64,000 nucleotides of DNA from an uncultured delta proteobacterium. GTDB taxonomy: Bacteria; Desulfobacterota; Binatia; UBA9968. The notes beneath the pieces were generated by a model that searched no databases, was not told the origin of the DNA, and saw nothing but the letters and a program-made list of their open reading frames with translations. The DNA is taken from the NCBI GenBank assembly GCA_963755715.1, contig CAVWLW010000061.1:1-64000 (forward strand), in the 5' to 3' direction. Numbering within the stretch: position 1 is the first letter of the stretch; the number at the start of each line of letters is the position of its first letter. The translations under genes were made by a program, and so were the position numbers. Below are positions 21,089-32,184 of this stretch, in pieces.

Positions 21089-21872
21089 TTAGACAGTCGC
21101 TATCCCTTTCACCGCCCACGCCTTGGCCTGAAGCGTAAATGGTCCATCGGCGCGGTTGCCGAGAAGATCTTGCCGCAGTCGCTCGCGCAACGCAGCACGG
21201 TCATCTTCCGAAAGTCGCGCCAAATAAGCGCCAGAAGGGCCTTGCCCTTCTGTGACTGGTAACCAGTAATCGTCAAACGAGGAGAACTGGCACGGCATTG
21301 TCAAGTCTGTAACTTCAATGTCAGTCAGACCGGCGCCCTTCAAGAGATCTGAAAGCGCTTCCGCGGAACCGTACGATCCTCGTCTCTCGGCAGGCCGTTT
21401 CGCTGTCGGATCGATCGCTACCGCGGCATTCCAAAAGCAGCCGAGTGAGCTCATGAGCCCGACTGCCGTCCCACATCGTCGTCGCAACGACACCTCCTAT
21501 TCCGTTCACCCGGCGCATTTCATTCGCCGCCTTAGGAGCGTCCGGGACGAAGTTAACAATCAGTAAAGCCATGCATCGATCAAACGATCCGTCCGCGTAA
21601 GGTAGTTCTTGCGCATCCCCCAACTCGAAAGTCACACGGGGATCGGTGACTAGGGTTCGAGCATACTCAATGAATCCCTTGGAAGGATCGATGCCGACAA
21701 TCTTTGACGCTCCCGTGACTCTTACTAAAGTCGCTGACAGCGAGCCCGTGCCGCATCCGACGTCGAGCACCCTCTCGCCATCCCGGACACCGACAAACTC
21801 CACGAACAATGGCGCCAACTGCCGGCTCCACCGCCCCATCATTACTTCATACGCTTCCGCGACCTCGAACAT
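21089..21872 (-). CDS. Class I SAM-dependent methyltransferase (frameshifted)
   Basis: YE..MGRWSR, VLDVGCGTG, GDAQELPY.DGSFD; C-terminus in ORF 21089-21493. Confidence 0.88.
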
Positions 21873-21981
21873 AGGCCCTCCCCTTTTTGCGCACTCGTCT
21901 GTCTCGACCCGATGCATAACAACCTTATGGGTAAATGGACTATCCGCTTTTTCCTCCAGGGGGGCACCATAATGCGACCGC

Positions 21982-22413
21982 TCACCCGATCTTAGCAACC
22001 AACTGCTCCACCCTACGCTGCACCTCTTTATACACCTCGTCGGCTGCTCCATCAGCCATTCGAGCTGGGTCTGGAATGTCCCAGAACACGACCTTGTCAT
22101 CCTCCTTCAAGTAGCCTGGCCAGCGCTCTCTCTCCGCAATGACGATGGCAAGGTCGGCTGTGTCCATCATTTCAGGAACAAGCTGTTGCCTTTCTTTTTC
22201 ACCGATATCGATCCCGAACTCTCGTTTGATGTACTCAATTGAGTGCTGGATCGCAGCGTATTTGAGTTTTTTACCGGGGAGCTTCATTTGTGCGATCCGC
22301 TCATTGACGGCAATCCCGGCACTGTGGCTATCATGCTGTGATAGCGTCTTGAAGCATGCTTCAGCCACCTGACTTCTCCCAACATTCGCATAACAGATAA
22401 AGAGTACTTTCAT
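21982..22413 (-). CDS. LMW phosphatase / ArsC-like reductase
   Basis: CYANVGRSQ (CX5R P-loop), SAG, WDIPDP. Confidence 0.85.
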   Translation of the reverse strand: MKVLFICYANVGRSQVAEACFKTLSQHDSHSAGIAVNERIAQMKLPGKKLKYAAIQHSIEYIKREFGIDIGEKERQQLVPEMMDTADLAIVIAERERWPGYLKEDDKVVFWDIPDPARMADGAADEVYKEVQRRVEQLVAKIG

Positions 22414-22659
22414 AGGTTTCTCCTGATCTCCCGAGAAACTCATGGTTACGGTATCGGGTCGAGGAACTGGACTTTCCAGAATAGATTTTGCACTCAGATA
22501 TAGCTCAACTCTCCCTGCTGACGATAGAGCTATCGTGCGAACCGGTGGCGCTAGGGTGTCAAAGAGATCGGGTTGACCGTTGACGTTATTGAATTCGTAA
22601 GCTCTCTCTATTGTTCATACTTTGTGATCTTTGCGTTCTTTGCGGCTAGATTTATTTTT

Positions 22660-22785
22660 TCACAGATGCGGCATGATCTCCTTCGCGCAGATATCTAAAT
22701 GCTCCATCTCGTCGAACATCGGATTGAAAACGATTTGCTGCGCCCCGGCTTTGACGATCTCTTGGATTTTTTCCGTGCACTTCGC
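22660..22785 (-). pseudogene. Displaced 3' end of an LLM oxidoreductase gene (second copy of 24155-24280)
   Basis: 126-nt near-identical direct repeat encoding AKCTEKIQEIVKAGAQQIVFNPMFDEMEHL.ICAKEIMPHL*. Confidence 0.92.
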
Positions 22786-22949
22786 TTCCCCATCTTTTGC
22801 CACCTCTGACACGCAGCGAGTATCACGATGTTGGGCTGGCCAATGACTTTGGCTTGACCGACATTCGAGTACGAACTATCGTCATACTTGCTGGAGGTAT
22901 CCATGGCAAGAGCCAAAGATGGCAATCTCACTAGACGAACCCTCGATCG

Positions 22950-23112
22950 GCTCAAGCCTCGAACTTTCATTCCAGAAAGCTTCCCAGGAAATCTTGGGTC
23001 AAAATCAGCAAGATGCGAACATTGGCAGTTGAACGAATCGGGAAAGTGATAAGGCACGGCATCTCCCGAAGAAATCGCCCAAATAGTAGAAGGTTTAAAC
23101 GAAATCATCGGC
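22950..23112 (+). pseudogene. PemK/MazF toxin C-terminal remnant
   Basis: Manual translation SWVKISKMRTLAVERIGKVI/GTASPEEIAQIVEGLNEIIG across a frameshift. Confidence 0.7.
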
Positions 23113-23163
23113 GTTAATCTACACCTGCAATATCCAACTTAATCGCGAAATGGATTAAAAACA

Positions 23164-23910
23164 ATGGCCGATCCTACTGAAGAACTGCGAGAAAAGATCA
23201 TGCTTTCATGCCGCATCTTGGCAATGGAAGGCATGGTCGAGCGAATTACCGGTCACGTCAGCGCTCGGATCGCTGATTCAGAAGACATGTGGATTCGGTG
23301 CCGGAGCCCGCAAGAGGATGGCGTACGCTATACAACGGTTGATTCCATACAAAGGGTAGACTTTGACGGCAAGGGACCACACAAGAGCGAACAATACCAG
23401 GTACCGAACGAACTGCCCATTCATGGGGAAATCTATAAAAAGCGCACCGCGGTAGGCTGTGTCATTCACGCACATCCCACGGAAGCACTCATTTGCGGTA
23501 TCACTGAATTGGAATTTCGTCCCATCTTTGGCGCGTTTAATATACCCGCGATGAGCATGGCCCTACAGGGCATTCCGGTGTTTCCGCGCTCCTATCTGGT
23601 TACTCGGCCTGAACTCGCCGCTCCGATGATAGAAATCATGAGTGACAAATCGATCTGCCTGATGAAAGGTCACGGCATTACCGTTGTCGGCAAGACGGTG
23701 GAAGAAGCCACAATGCGTGCTTTGAACTTCAACATGTTGGCGAAAGCTACATTGCAAGTAGCTCAAACCGGTCGAAGAGCGCCGGACATCTCCTCTGAAG
23801 ATATCGAAAAACTCCCTGATCTTGGATCTACGTTTAATGATACTGGACATGGCGGTACTACGTGAGAAAGCTCAAGGAAGAGGATCTCCGTCTAAGCGAT
23901 CACGCAGAGA
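23164..23910 (+). CDS. Class II aldolase/adducin family protein (probable frameshift near 23843)
   Basis: GHVSAR, ELPIHGEIY, VIHAHP, LMKGHG. Confidence 0.88.
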
Positions 23911-24036
23911 AGTGATTGCATCCATCGCTGTCGCTGCAGCGGTTCGGCCAGCCTCAAAGCATTAACGCCCAAGCGCAATAAACGCGGGCGGTCTAGAATA
24001 ATGGGAACAGTGCCAACCATGAAATTTCTCACGGAC

Positions 24037-24114
24037 GGGCGGACACACAGGTCCGCCCCTACAAAATGCGCGCCTTGCGATTTTCCCGGTAGGGGCCGAC
24101 CTATGTGTCGGCCC
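24037..24114. repeat. GTAG-type REP doublet (REPIN-like)
   Basis: gggcggacacacaggtccgcccctac and gtaggggccgacctatgtgtcggccc in inverted orientation, 26 nt apart. Confidence 0.85.
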
Positions 24115-24154
24115 TCCGGATTACGGTCCGGTTGTTTTCACCAGGCTGCTTCCC

Positions 24155-25086
24155 TCACAGATGCGGCATGATCTCCTTCGCGCAGATCTCTAAATGCTCC
24201 ATCTCGTCGAACATCGGATTGAAGACGATTTGCTGCGCCCCGGCTTTGACGATCTCTTGAATTTTTTCGGTACACTTGGCGGCGCTGCCCCAGATCGAAA
24301 CTTTGGGACCGAGATCGGCATTTTTGTAGCGGCCGCCGAACCACTCGCGGATGCGCCGCTCGGCGCGCGCTTCGTCGTTATCGACCGCCAATATACACGC
24401 GCTTGGCGAAATGGAACGTCGTCGGATCGCGCCTGGCTTCGGCAAGCATATCGCGAATCCGCGCCGACTCACGGATAAACGATCCGGACGATGACGAGCC
24501 CGCACCCATCCAGCCGTCGGCATACTTAACCGACCGTCGCAGGGCGTTCTCATGATGGCCGCCGAAGATGATCGGCAGGTGCGGCTTTTGCACCGGTTTG
24601 GGTTCCATCGAGACATCTTTGAAGTTCCAGTAGCGTCCTTGGAAGCTCGCTTTGGGTTCGGTCCACAGAAGTTTCATGATCTGCACGGCTTCAGTGAAAC
24701 GCGTCACCCTCCCATTCGCGGGTGTAGCCAAAGAGATCTTCATGCGAGCCGAGATGTCCGCCCCCGAGACCGACGCCCATGATCGCGCGTCCGTTACTCA
24801 TCACATCCAGCGTCGAATAGGCTTTCGCCAATTGGACCGGGTTGCGCAGCGGCAACAGAATAACCGAAGTGCCCAATTTCAATTTAGCCGTGATTGCCGC
24901 CACGTAGCTCAGCAACGTTACCGGCTCCAGCATCGTGATGTCACCGACGATTCGCTCTTGCAGCCAAAGACTGTCATAGCCGAGAGTCTCTGCCCGCGTT
25001 GCGAACTTGCGGATATGCTCCATGTCGACCGGTCCATCGAAAAAAACCTGTGGCAACTCGATGCCGCAGGGTAAGTGATTCGCCAT
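24155..25086 (-). CDS. LLM-class flavin-dependent oxidoreductase (frameshifts near 24712 and 24390)
   Basis: AETLGYDSLW, LGTSV..LPLRNPV.LAK..STLD..S.GR, PKPVQKPH.PI..GG, ADGW spread over three frames. Confidence 0.88.
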
Positions 25087-25729
25087 GGTGTCATTGCTCC
25101 TTTGAATTCAACCAACCACAAAGAGTAAGAAAGATTTCTTACTTCGTGTTCTTTGCATGACTATGCTTTTAAGTTGTCTTTCATTCGCGCAAATTTCTAG
25201 GCTGCCAGCTTGGTAAGTTTTTCCGTGCTGATATGGCGCGCAGCCAACAACGCGGTTATCCGATGCAGCCTTAGCGCTGATCAGAAAAGTTGAACGCGGT
25301 CAGGCCGATAACCGTTTCCACCACGAGCGGTTTAGCTCAGCTATTGCGTATGCGGCCGTGACCCTAACGCTAATTGAATTTGACACTGCACTTCTAATGC
25401 AAACTTCGAAGACTCTGCTCCGTTTGTCTTGACTATGTCAAGGCGATTCACAAGTGCACCCACAGAAATGAGGACCGCTTTCTGAAGTTAGATAGTTATC
25501 CTTCTTCGTAATTTCTGCGTCCTTCGGCGGGATGCTGTAGTATTACACAACTCCAGACTTGCGCCCTCGGTTACGGAATAGGGGCTACCATTGCTGAACC
25601 CATCCGCCGATTCAGCTATAGCGGCGCTTGAGAACCCGCGTATAGACACCGCAAATCGGCTCCTCTCGAACAAAAAAGTCGCCCGGGCGAGAGCGTTTGG
25701 CGTTCTGCGTCCCCGGTGTAAGTCAACTT

Positions 25730-25888
25730 AAAGAATTTGCTCACATTGAAATAGCCGTCCGAGAGGAAAATGGTTCCGCCTTCTTCTTTGCTCTTGTGGA
25801 TGACCTTCATATCGAAGACGTCCACATAAAACGACGTTAATTTTCCCGTGTCTTCCGTGCGAATGCCTAGATGCCGAAGTTTCGCCAT
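25730..25888 (-). pseudogene. Truncated VOC-family gene (N-terminal half)
   Basis: RBS aggagg; MAKLRHLGIRTED...FY..VF.M...FLSDGYFN, then similarity is lost. Confidence 0.7.
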
Positions 25889-26155
25889 AATGCCCTCCTT
25901 GTGACGAAAGCCGATGCCATAGATCCTTGTTAAAGCAACTTTTAATCGACGAGGGCGCGCAAGTAATCAGGTAACGTGGTCGCTGCCTTGACAACGCAAC
26001 GAGCGATCTTGTAGATCCAGGTGGCCGAGCGGCTCGGCGAGTGTTTTGAGCGCGCTACACAACTCAACGGTCACGAGGTTCATGTTTATGGCATCAGCCG
26101 AGTGGCGTGGAGTTCCGCCTAACCGCAGTCATTCGCGACGCCCTGACCGGAGGAG

Positions 26156-26580
26156 TTGGTGAGCGAGGAGAACAAGAAATTGGTCCGCGAGATCACCGAA
26201 GTCGTTTGGAACAGCCGCGGCCTTGATCGGATCCCGGAGTTCTACGCGCTGGATTTCGTAGGAGACTATCGCCCCTACGCCCTTCGCGAAGGACACGAGG
26301 GCATCCGCGCCATGGTCGAAGGCGCCTGGACAGCGTTTCCTGACTACCACGAGGAGGTTCACGAACTCATTGCCGAAGGCGATCGCGTCGTGGTCCATTT
26401 GACGATCTCGGGAACACAACAAGGCCAATGGGGGCCCTGCCGGCCACCGGGAAGCGCGCCCAGTTCGATGAGATCGTGATTCTGCAGATCCGTGACGGCA
26501 AAGTTCTCAGGCAGCGTGGGATCGTTGACAATCTGTCGGCGCTGAGGCAGCTCGGCGTCGTGCCGACGCCGCGATCGTGA
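26156..26580 (+). CDS. SnoaL-like ester cyclase (frameshift near 26435)
   Basis: SEENKKLVR, AFPD, IAEGDRVV, GT.QG; ends DGKV....GIVD.LS.LRQLG in another frame. Confidence 0.85.
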
Positions 26581-26619
26581 TCGGGACCCACGCAGATTAA
26601 CTCAAAAGGAGAAACAACT

Positions 26620-27783
26620 ATGAAGCGAAGCGCTGATCGGATACTCACAACCCACTGCGGCAGTTTGGCGCGGCCTAAGGACTTGCTCGATCTGCTGAAG
26701 GCAAAGGTCAAAGGGGAGAACTACGACGAGAGCACGTTGGCCGAGCGGACGCGGAGCGCGGTTGCTGAGATTGTCCGTAAGCAGGCCGACAACGGTATTG
26801 ATATTGTGACCGACGGCGAGCAAGGAAAGCCTGGCTTCTTCGCATACGTGCGCGAGCGGCTCACCGGCTTTGAGCCGAAGAGCCCACCACCCGGGGGTTG
26901 GAAGCAATGGGCCGCGGAAGTGGCCGCCTTCCCGGAATACTATGAGCAATACTTCAGCCGGCGCATGATGGGCGGAAGCATCGCGCCGCGCACCCCGCTG
27001 ATGTGCACTGCGCCGGTCAATTATCTAGGACAAGAGGCGATCCGCAAAGATATTGACAATCTCAAGGCTGCGCTGGGTGGGCTGAAAGTCGAGGAAGCGT
27101 TCATGCCGGCCGTGGCGCCCAGTGGGATTGGTACCAACGAGTACTACGGCAGCGACGAAGAATACCTGCAAGCCGTCGGCGACGCTCTTCGAACCGAGTA
27201 TCAGGCTATCGTCGATGCCGGCTTCATCCTCCAGATCGACGATCCCTGGCTTACGGAAGTCCATAGCCAGGATCCTTCGTTGAGTCTCGCTGAAAGACGA
27301 AAGATCGCCGAGCGATCTGTCGAAGCGCTCAACCATGCGCTGCGGGGAATCCCGGCGGAAAAAATCCGTTTTCACACCTGTTATGGAATTAATGAAGGGC
27401 CCCGCGTCAATGACGCTTCGCTACGGGACATCGTGGACCTGGTCTTGAAGGTAAATGCCGGTGCCTACTCGTTTGAAGCTGCGAACCCGCGGCACGAGCA
27501 CGAATATCATGTCTGGGAAACCGTGAAGTTACCCTCGGGCAAAGTAATTATCCCCGGCGTGATCACGCATGCGAGCAACATCGTCGAACACCCAGAATTA
27601 ATCGCCGAGCGCATCACTCGATTCGCCAAACTGGTCGGCCGGGAAAACGTGATCGCCGGCTCCGACTGCGGCTTTTCTTCTCAAGCCACGTATAACCCGG
27701 AGGTTCATCCGACTGTAGTGTGGGCCAAGTTCCAGGCGATGGCGGAAGGCGCACGCCTGGCGACGAAGCTGCTCTGGCGCTGA
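26620..27783 (+). CDS. Cobalamin-independent methionine synthase II family protein
   Basis: RILTTH.GSL.RP, DGE.GK, LQIDDP, H.C.G, EAANPRHEHE, PGV, DCGF. Confidence 0.92.
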   Translation: MKRSADRILTTHCGSLARPKDLLDLLKAKVKGENYDESTLAERTRSAVAEIVRKQADNGIDIVTDGEQGKPGFFAYVRERLTGFEPKSPPPGGWKQWAAEVAAFPEYYEQYFSRRMMGGSIAPRTPLMCTAPVNYLGQEAIRKDIDNLKAALGGLKVEEAFMPAVAPSGIGTNEYYGSDEEYLQAVGDALRTEYQAIVDAGFILQIDDPWLTEVHSQDPSLSLAERRKIAERSVEALNHALRGIPAEKIRFHTCYGINEGPRVNDASLRDIVDLVLKVNAGAYSFEAANPRHEHEYHVWETVKLPSGKVIIPGVITHASNIVEHPELIAERITRFAKLVGRENVIAGSDCGFSSQATYNPEVHPTVVWAKFQAMAEGARLATKLLWR

Positions 27784-27932
27784 TAAATTCTGCAGTTTTG
27801 GGTTTCTATCCGACTACTTGATGCGAAAAAACCAAGGATGGTCGTGGCCGTCCCCTCTATCGATCTTTGTGCTGCTATTCTTGAAAGTTTTCGTATGACA
27901 ACATCGTAAGGACGCACGGAAAGCTTACTAGC

Positions 27933-28937
27933 ATGTTGCCCTTGCGCAATTCTTTGAGGACGAAAATACTCCCAGCGGTGCTTTTACTGATCGTCGTTGC
28001 ACTAAGCAGTGTTATCTCTATTCTTGCGATCGAGGTATTCCACAGGCTCAAGGCACCTTATCGGACTTTGGGCGGGGCCCAGGAACTTCCCCAGTTTCGG
28101 CGCGGCGCACCCGACAAACTCTCGGCCTTTGTAGTCGATCCAGACTTTGGTTTCCGGCCGATACTCGGCAGTGGTAATTACACGCGCTTTGGAACCCTCG
28201 CGAACGACTACTCTGAAACCAAGCGCCCGGGTGTAGTTCGGCTTTTGTTCATCGGTGACTCTGTCACTCGTCGTGGTCAGATCGTCGAGGCCCTCCGGGC
28301 CCAGTACGGCTCGCAGCACTACGAGTACTGGAACGCAGGAGTCGAGTCCTTTAATACTGTTCAGGAAGTAGCGTATTACAAGCGCTTCAACCGGCCCATT
28401 CAACCCGATCACGTCATCCTCACGTTTCACTTGAACGACTTCGAGACCACCCCGGTGGCGTTTCGAGAGGCCGACGGAACCTTGGTCGTATACGCGCCCA
28501 ACTGGCCGATTCAGCGACTAAATCCGTGGCTTTTTCGGCACAGTTACACGTATCGTTACTGGCTTGGGCTCTTATCCCCAAGAAAGGCCGCGCGTTCAGA
28601 GATCATCGAACAGGTTCGCGACAGTCTCGCAGACTTGAGCCGCGGGATTGCCCGGGATAATGCTCGCTTGACGGTGTTGGTGTTGCCGATCCTGCGGCCA
28701 CTCAACGACTGGAAGCCGGAGTACAGAGAATACCGGCGTCTCATCCTAGAGATGCTCGAATCCTTGCGCATCCGTCACTTCGATCTGCTGACTCCTTTGA
28801 AGGAGGCTTTAGCAGATGGCGTCATCGTGACCGAGAATGGCGATGACCTTTTCTGGCATCCGAGCCGCGATGCCGCTTACTATTTCGCGAAGTATCTCAG
28901 AATACAACAACTTCTCGAGGGAATAGACGCTCCGTGA
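27933..28937 (+). CDS. SGNH/GDSL hydrolase, membrane anchored
   Basis: FIGDSVT, NAGV..F, LNDF, D..HP. Confidence 0.8.
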   Translation: MLPLRNSLRTKILPAVLLLIVVALSSVISILAIEVFHRLKAPYRTLGGAQELPQFRRGAPDKLSAFVVDPDFGFRPILGSGNYTRFGTLANDYSETKRPGVVRLLFIGDSVTRRGQIVEALRAQYGSQHYEYWNAGVESFNTVQEVAYYKRFNRPIQPDHVILTFHLNDFETTPVAFREADGTLVVYAPNWPIQRLNPWLFRHSYTYRYWLGLLSPRKAARSEIIEQVRDSLADLSRGIARDNARLTVLVLPILRPLNDWKPEYREYRRLILEMLESLRIRHFDLLTPLKEALADGVIVTENGDDLFWHPSRDAAYYFAKYLRIQQLLEGIDAP

Positions 28938-28964
28938 CAACATTGGCGACGTCGCTCTCGCCTT

Positions 28965-29981
28965 CTACTCATCCAACCACATCAGCTTCGCCGGATTGTC
29001 TTTCAGCATGATCTTGACTTCATCCGGTTTGATGCCGAAGGCAAGCAGCGCGCGGAGAAAGACGCGCATGCCGTCGATCGCATCCATGTGCAGCACCTGG
29101 CCGAAGTCGCTGCCGATGATGCAGCGGTCCGGGCCGATCTCTTTGATCGTGCGGATCGTTTCCATCGGATCGGCGACCGGCTGGTACAAGCTCGGGATCA
29201 TCGGCTGGCAATAAGTGCCGACGTAGACGCCGAGGTCGCGCAGCTGCTTCATTTCATCGAGTAACAATTTATTTAATTCAAGCAGCGGATGATCCAGCGT
29301 CGCGCGCACGCCGATCTCCTTGGCAAGCCGCGCCAGCGGCAATAACTCTTCGAAGTCGGTGTGGCCGAAGCCGATGCCGACTTTCTTCTCCGCCGCCATT
29401 TCCATGATCTGCTTCACTTCCGGCAACACTTGGCCGTTTTCGCTGCACAGGCGCACGCCTTCGTGGTCCGGATGGCCGGCGCCGCGCCAGAAGCCGTACG
29501 AAGTAAAAGTCGGAAACCAGATCATCTTGAAGTTGGGATACTGCAGTCCAACGCGGACGTATTCGGGCCGCATGCCGAAACACATGCCAACGCCGCCATA
29601 GACTTCGACGCGATGGGTCAATTCGCCGCGCGCGATCATGTCGTCGATGTGGCGCTGGGTTAAATACGCCGAAGTCGCGCTGATGTTCCAGTGGTCTTTG
29701 AACGCGATGGCGCGCATGCCGGTCTTCGACGCTTCGATGGCGATCTGAATCATGTCCTGCGAGCGATGCACGAAATCCGGAAAGGCGTGGATGTGGCAGT
29801 CGATGGCGCCCTGAAGCAATTCGTTTTCAATCCCCGGATAGATTTTGAGCATCTCCGGGTTGTCCTTCAGCATCTGATAAAAATAATCCTTGGCGTTGAG
29901 CTCGCGCACCCGCGCGACTGTCAATGTTCGGCCCACCATCAGTTCCTCGGCGGCCTTGGCATCTGCGGCAAAATCACACAT
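28965..29981 (-). CDS. Amidohydrolase-fold protein (DUF6282-like)
   Basis: GAIDCHIH..PD, FKDH, WFPT, GH, DHP, SDFGQ, DNPA. Confidence 0.8.
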   Translation of the reverse strand: MCDFAADAKAAEELMVGRTLTVARVRELNAKDYFYQMLKDNPEMLKIYPGIENELLQGAIDCHIHAFPDFVHRSQDMIQIAIEASKTGMRAIAFKDHWNISATSAYLTQRHIDDMIARGELTHRVEVYGGVGMCFGMRPEYVRVGLQYPNFKMIWFPTFTSYGFWRGAGHPDHEGVRLCSENGQVLPEVKQIMEMAAEKKVGIGFGHTDFEELLPLARLAKEIGVRATLDHPLLELNKLLLDEMKQLRDLGVYVGTYCQPMIPSLYQPVADPMETIRTIKEIGPDRCIIGSDFGQVLHMDAIDGMRVFLRALLAFGIKPDEVKIMLKDNPAKLMWLDE

Positions 29982-30042
29982 GTTTTTCTCCTCCTAGATC
30001 CAGTTCAACGAAAATCAATCAGTTGCCGCGTTTAGCATCGAG

Positions 30043-30098
30043 TTTCGTGTCCGTGCTCGTGTTCGTGCTTTTCACGATCACGTTTCACGATCACGATG
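30043..30098. repeat. Inverted short tandem repeats (CGTGxT / AxCACG) downstream of the LLM gene
   Basis: tcgtgtccgtgctcgtgttcgtg..cacgatcacg..cacgatcacg; same family at 56131-56201. Confidence 0.7.
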
Positions 30099-30099
30099 C

Positions 30100-31101
30100 C
30101 TAACTATTCCCCCACGCTTCTAAGAAACGCCGCGCATCCTCGACCACCGGCTCGGTGACCGGCACGTAGGGAATCACCATCCGCGTAACGCCGGCTTCCT
30201 CGAACGCTTTCATTTTCTCTTTGATCTCTTTCACGTCGCTGGCGGGGACCACGGGCAGCTTGTCCATGTATTCGTCCGTAAGCGCGCCCATCGCGGCTTT
30301 GAAGCCGCCTTTTTGAAAGGCCTCATGAATCGCGTTGACTTCTTTTTCGAATCCCATGCCGCGCAACATATCGCTGTAATGATCCGCGATATTGTAGAAG
30401 GTCAGGACTTGGCGCAACTTTGCGCGAGCGAGATTTTTATCGGGGTTCAAGGACACGCGTGACTTGGCGATGATCTCGATCTTGTTCGGGTCGCGTCCGG
30501 CTTCGATGGCGCCTTCGCGCACGCGCGCGGCGATTTCTTTGACTTTCGCCGGCGTCGCCATGTTGATGAACACGCCGTCGGAAACCTTGCCGACGAGTTT
30601 GGTCATCTGCGGACCGAGGCCGGCGAGATAAATTGGTAGATTGGGATGGCTCGGCTTCCAGGAAAGCTGAAAACGTTTTCCGGTTTGATAAATTTCACCC
30701 TCGTACTCGACCCGCTCGCCGGCGGCGACTTTGCGCACGATGTCGATATATTCGCGCGCTCTTTTCAATGGCCGATCGAAAACTCCGCCGTGCCAGCCGG
30801 CGATCGCCTTGTTGGCGACGCCGAGACCCAGCAGCAAGCGGCCGCCGGAAAGGTCTTGCAGCGTCGCGGACTGAATGCCGAGGGTCACCGGACTGCGGCC
30901 GTAAATATGATAGATCGCCGTGCCGAGCTTGATTGTCTTCGTCCGGCTCGCTACCGCCGAAAGCATGACGATCGGATCGGTGCTATTGGATTCGCCTTTC
31001 CAGAACGCGCCGAACCCGACTTGCTCCGCGAGCACGATCAATCCTGGCACGTCCGCCGCCGGATAGTGCGCCGCGGAATTGATTTCAACATCGTAAATCA
31101 T
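30100..31101 (-). CDS. LLM-class (Mer-like) oxidoreductase
   Basis: AEQVGF..FW..E, LGTAI, RSPVTL, LSGGR..LGLG, PIYLAGLGP.M. Confidence 0.9.
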   Translation of the reverse strand: MIYDVEINSAAHYPAADVPGLIVLAEQVGFGAFWKGESNSTDPIVMLSAVASRTKTIKLGTAIYHIYGRSPVTLGIQSATLQDLSGGRLLLGLGVANKAIAGWHGGVFDRPLKRAREYIDIVRKVAAGERVEYEGEIYQTGKRFQLSWKPSHPNLPIYLAGLGPQMTKLVGKVSDGVFINMATPAKVKEIAARVREGAIEAGRDPNKIEIIAKSRVSLNPDKNLARAKLRQVLTFYNIADHYSDMLRGMGFEKEVNAIHEAFQKGGFKAAMGALTDEYMDKLPVVPASDVKEIKEKMKAFEEAGVTRMVIPYVPVTEPVVEDARRFLEAWGNS

Positions 31102-31206
31102 GTTCGGCTCTCCTCCAGCTTTGAACTCTTGAACGCAAAACTTTCGGTACACTAGCCAGTGGTCCGTGCTAAGTCAAATCTCCCTCGTACTTTCTCGAAA
31201 AAGAAA

Positions 31207-32184
31207 TCACGGCTGCGTCACCTTCGCTTTTTGCGCTAACGTGTCCAACTCCAATTTAAGCTTTTGACTATTGTCGATGAAGCGCTCGATGCCGATCGTC
31301 GGCAACCAGGACGTGTCAAGCGGCTTGACGATACCCGTGAACTCCATGACGTTGGAGAACTTGCTCCGGCCTGCATAGTCCGAGATGAAGCTGACACCAA
31401 CGACGGCCGCGCTGACAGAGAGCGCCGCCAACAGGCGCGAGCGACGGCGCATCGTCGACGCAAATCGCAAATGGCCATACACTAACGCCGCAAGGATGAG
31501 CCCGGCGCCGAAGAGACCGGCAATCCAGAGCGCCGGAATGAACGGAAATAGAAATTCCGTCCATTCGGAGACAGTGCTAAGCGCAAAAAAACTAAGGATC
31601 GCGCCGCAGGCGATCACGGCGTGAGGGGAAAAATGAAACCGGCTGACGACGATCCGGCTGGCCAACGCCCAGACGCCGCACCAAGTCAGCAACATGGAAA
31701 CAGTCGTCAACGGTTCGCTGACGATCTTGGCGAAGGTTACACGTTCGATTGTGCTCAGATAAGACTCCAGGCAGAGCACGAGCAAGAGCACCATGCCCGC
31801 GCCCGCCAGCGCATAAGGCGAGGCTAAACGAGATTCGCCGTTCTCGCGATCGAGAATCGTCGGCGCCAGCGGGTGCTCGACATTGCAATAGCGCATCACA
31901 GTCCGGCCGATGCGAAACTGAGTACCGGAGTGGAGGTCCAGAGTCGCGACACGCTTGTTGTCCGCCCGCAGATGCAGTCCATTGACGCTGTCTAAATCGC
32001 GCGCGATCAAGCGACCTCCCTCATCCGACTCGATGGTGAGATGCATGGGACAAACGTAAGGGTCGTCGACGACGATGTCGTTGGTGTAGGCGCGGCCGAT
32101 ATGGATCGGAAAGGATTCGACTCGAACTCTTTCCGAAACGTTGCCTTTCGCATCAAGGATTTCGATATAACCTAACGGCGCCAT
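31207..32184 (-). CDS. FHA domain membrane protein
   Basis: IGRAYTNDIV.DDP.V...H and DLDSVNG FHA motifs, followed by several TM helices. Confidence 0.85.
   Translation of the reverse strand: MAPLGYIEILDAKGNVSERVRVESFPIHIGRAYTNDIVVDDPYVCPMHLTIESDEGGRLIARDLDSVNGLHLRADNKRVATLDLHSGTQFRIGRTVMRYCNVEHPLAPTILDRENGESRLASPYALAGAGMVLLLVLCLESYLSTIERVTFAKIVSEPLTTVSMLLTWCGVWALASRIVVSRFHFSPHAVIACGAILSFFALSTVSEWTEFLFPFIPALWIAGLFGAGLILAALVYGHLRFASTMRRRSRLLAALSVSAAVVGVSFISDYAGRSKFSNVMEFTGIVKPLDTSWLPTIGIERFIDNSQKLKLELDTLAQKAKVTQP

Noticed and set aside
21982-22413. Arsenic resistance operon
   Set aside because: No arsR, acr3 or arsB nearby, and the resolving cysteines of thioredoxin-type ArsC are not evident
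22695-23108. 137-aa minus-strand ORF
   Set aside because: It is the antisense of the PemK relic running into the displaced LLM end
25130-25720. Long intergenic stretch as an ncRNA or riboswitch
   Set aside because: No recognisable conserved motif; an Rfam scan would be needed
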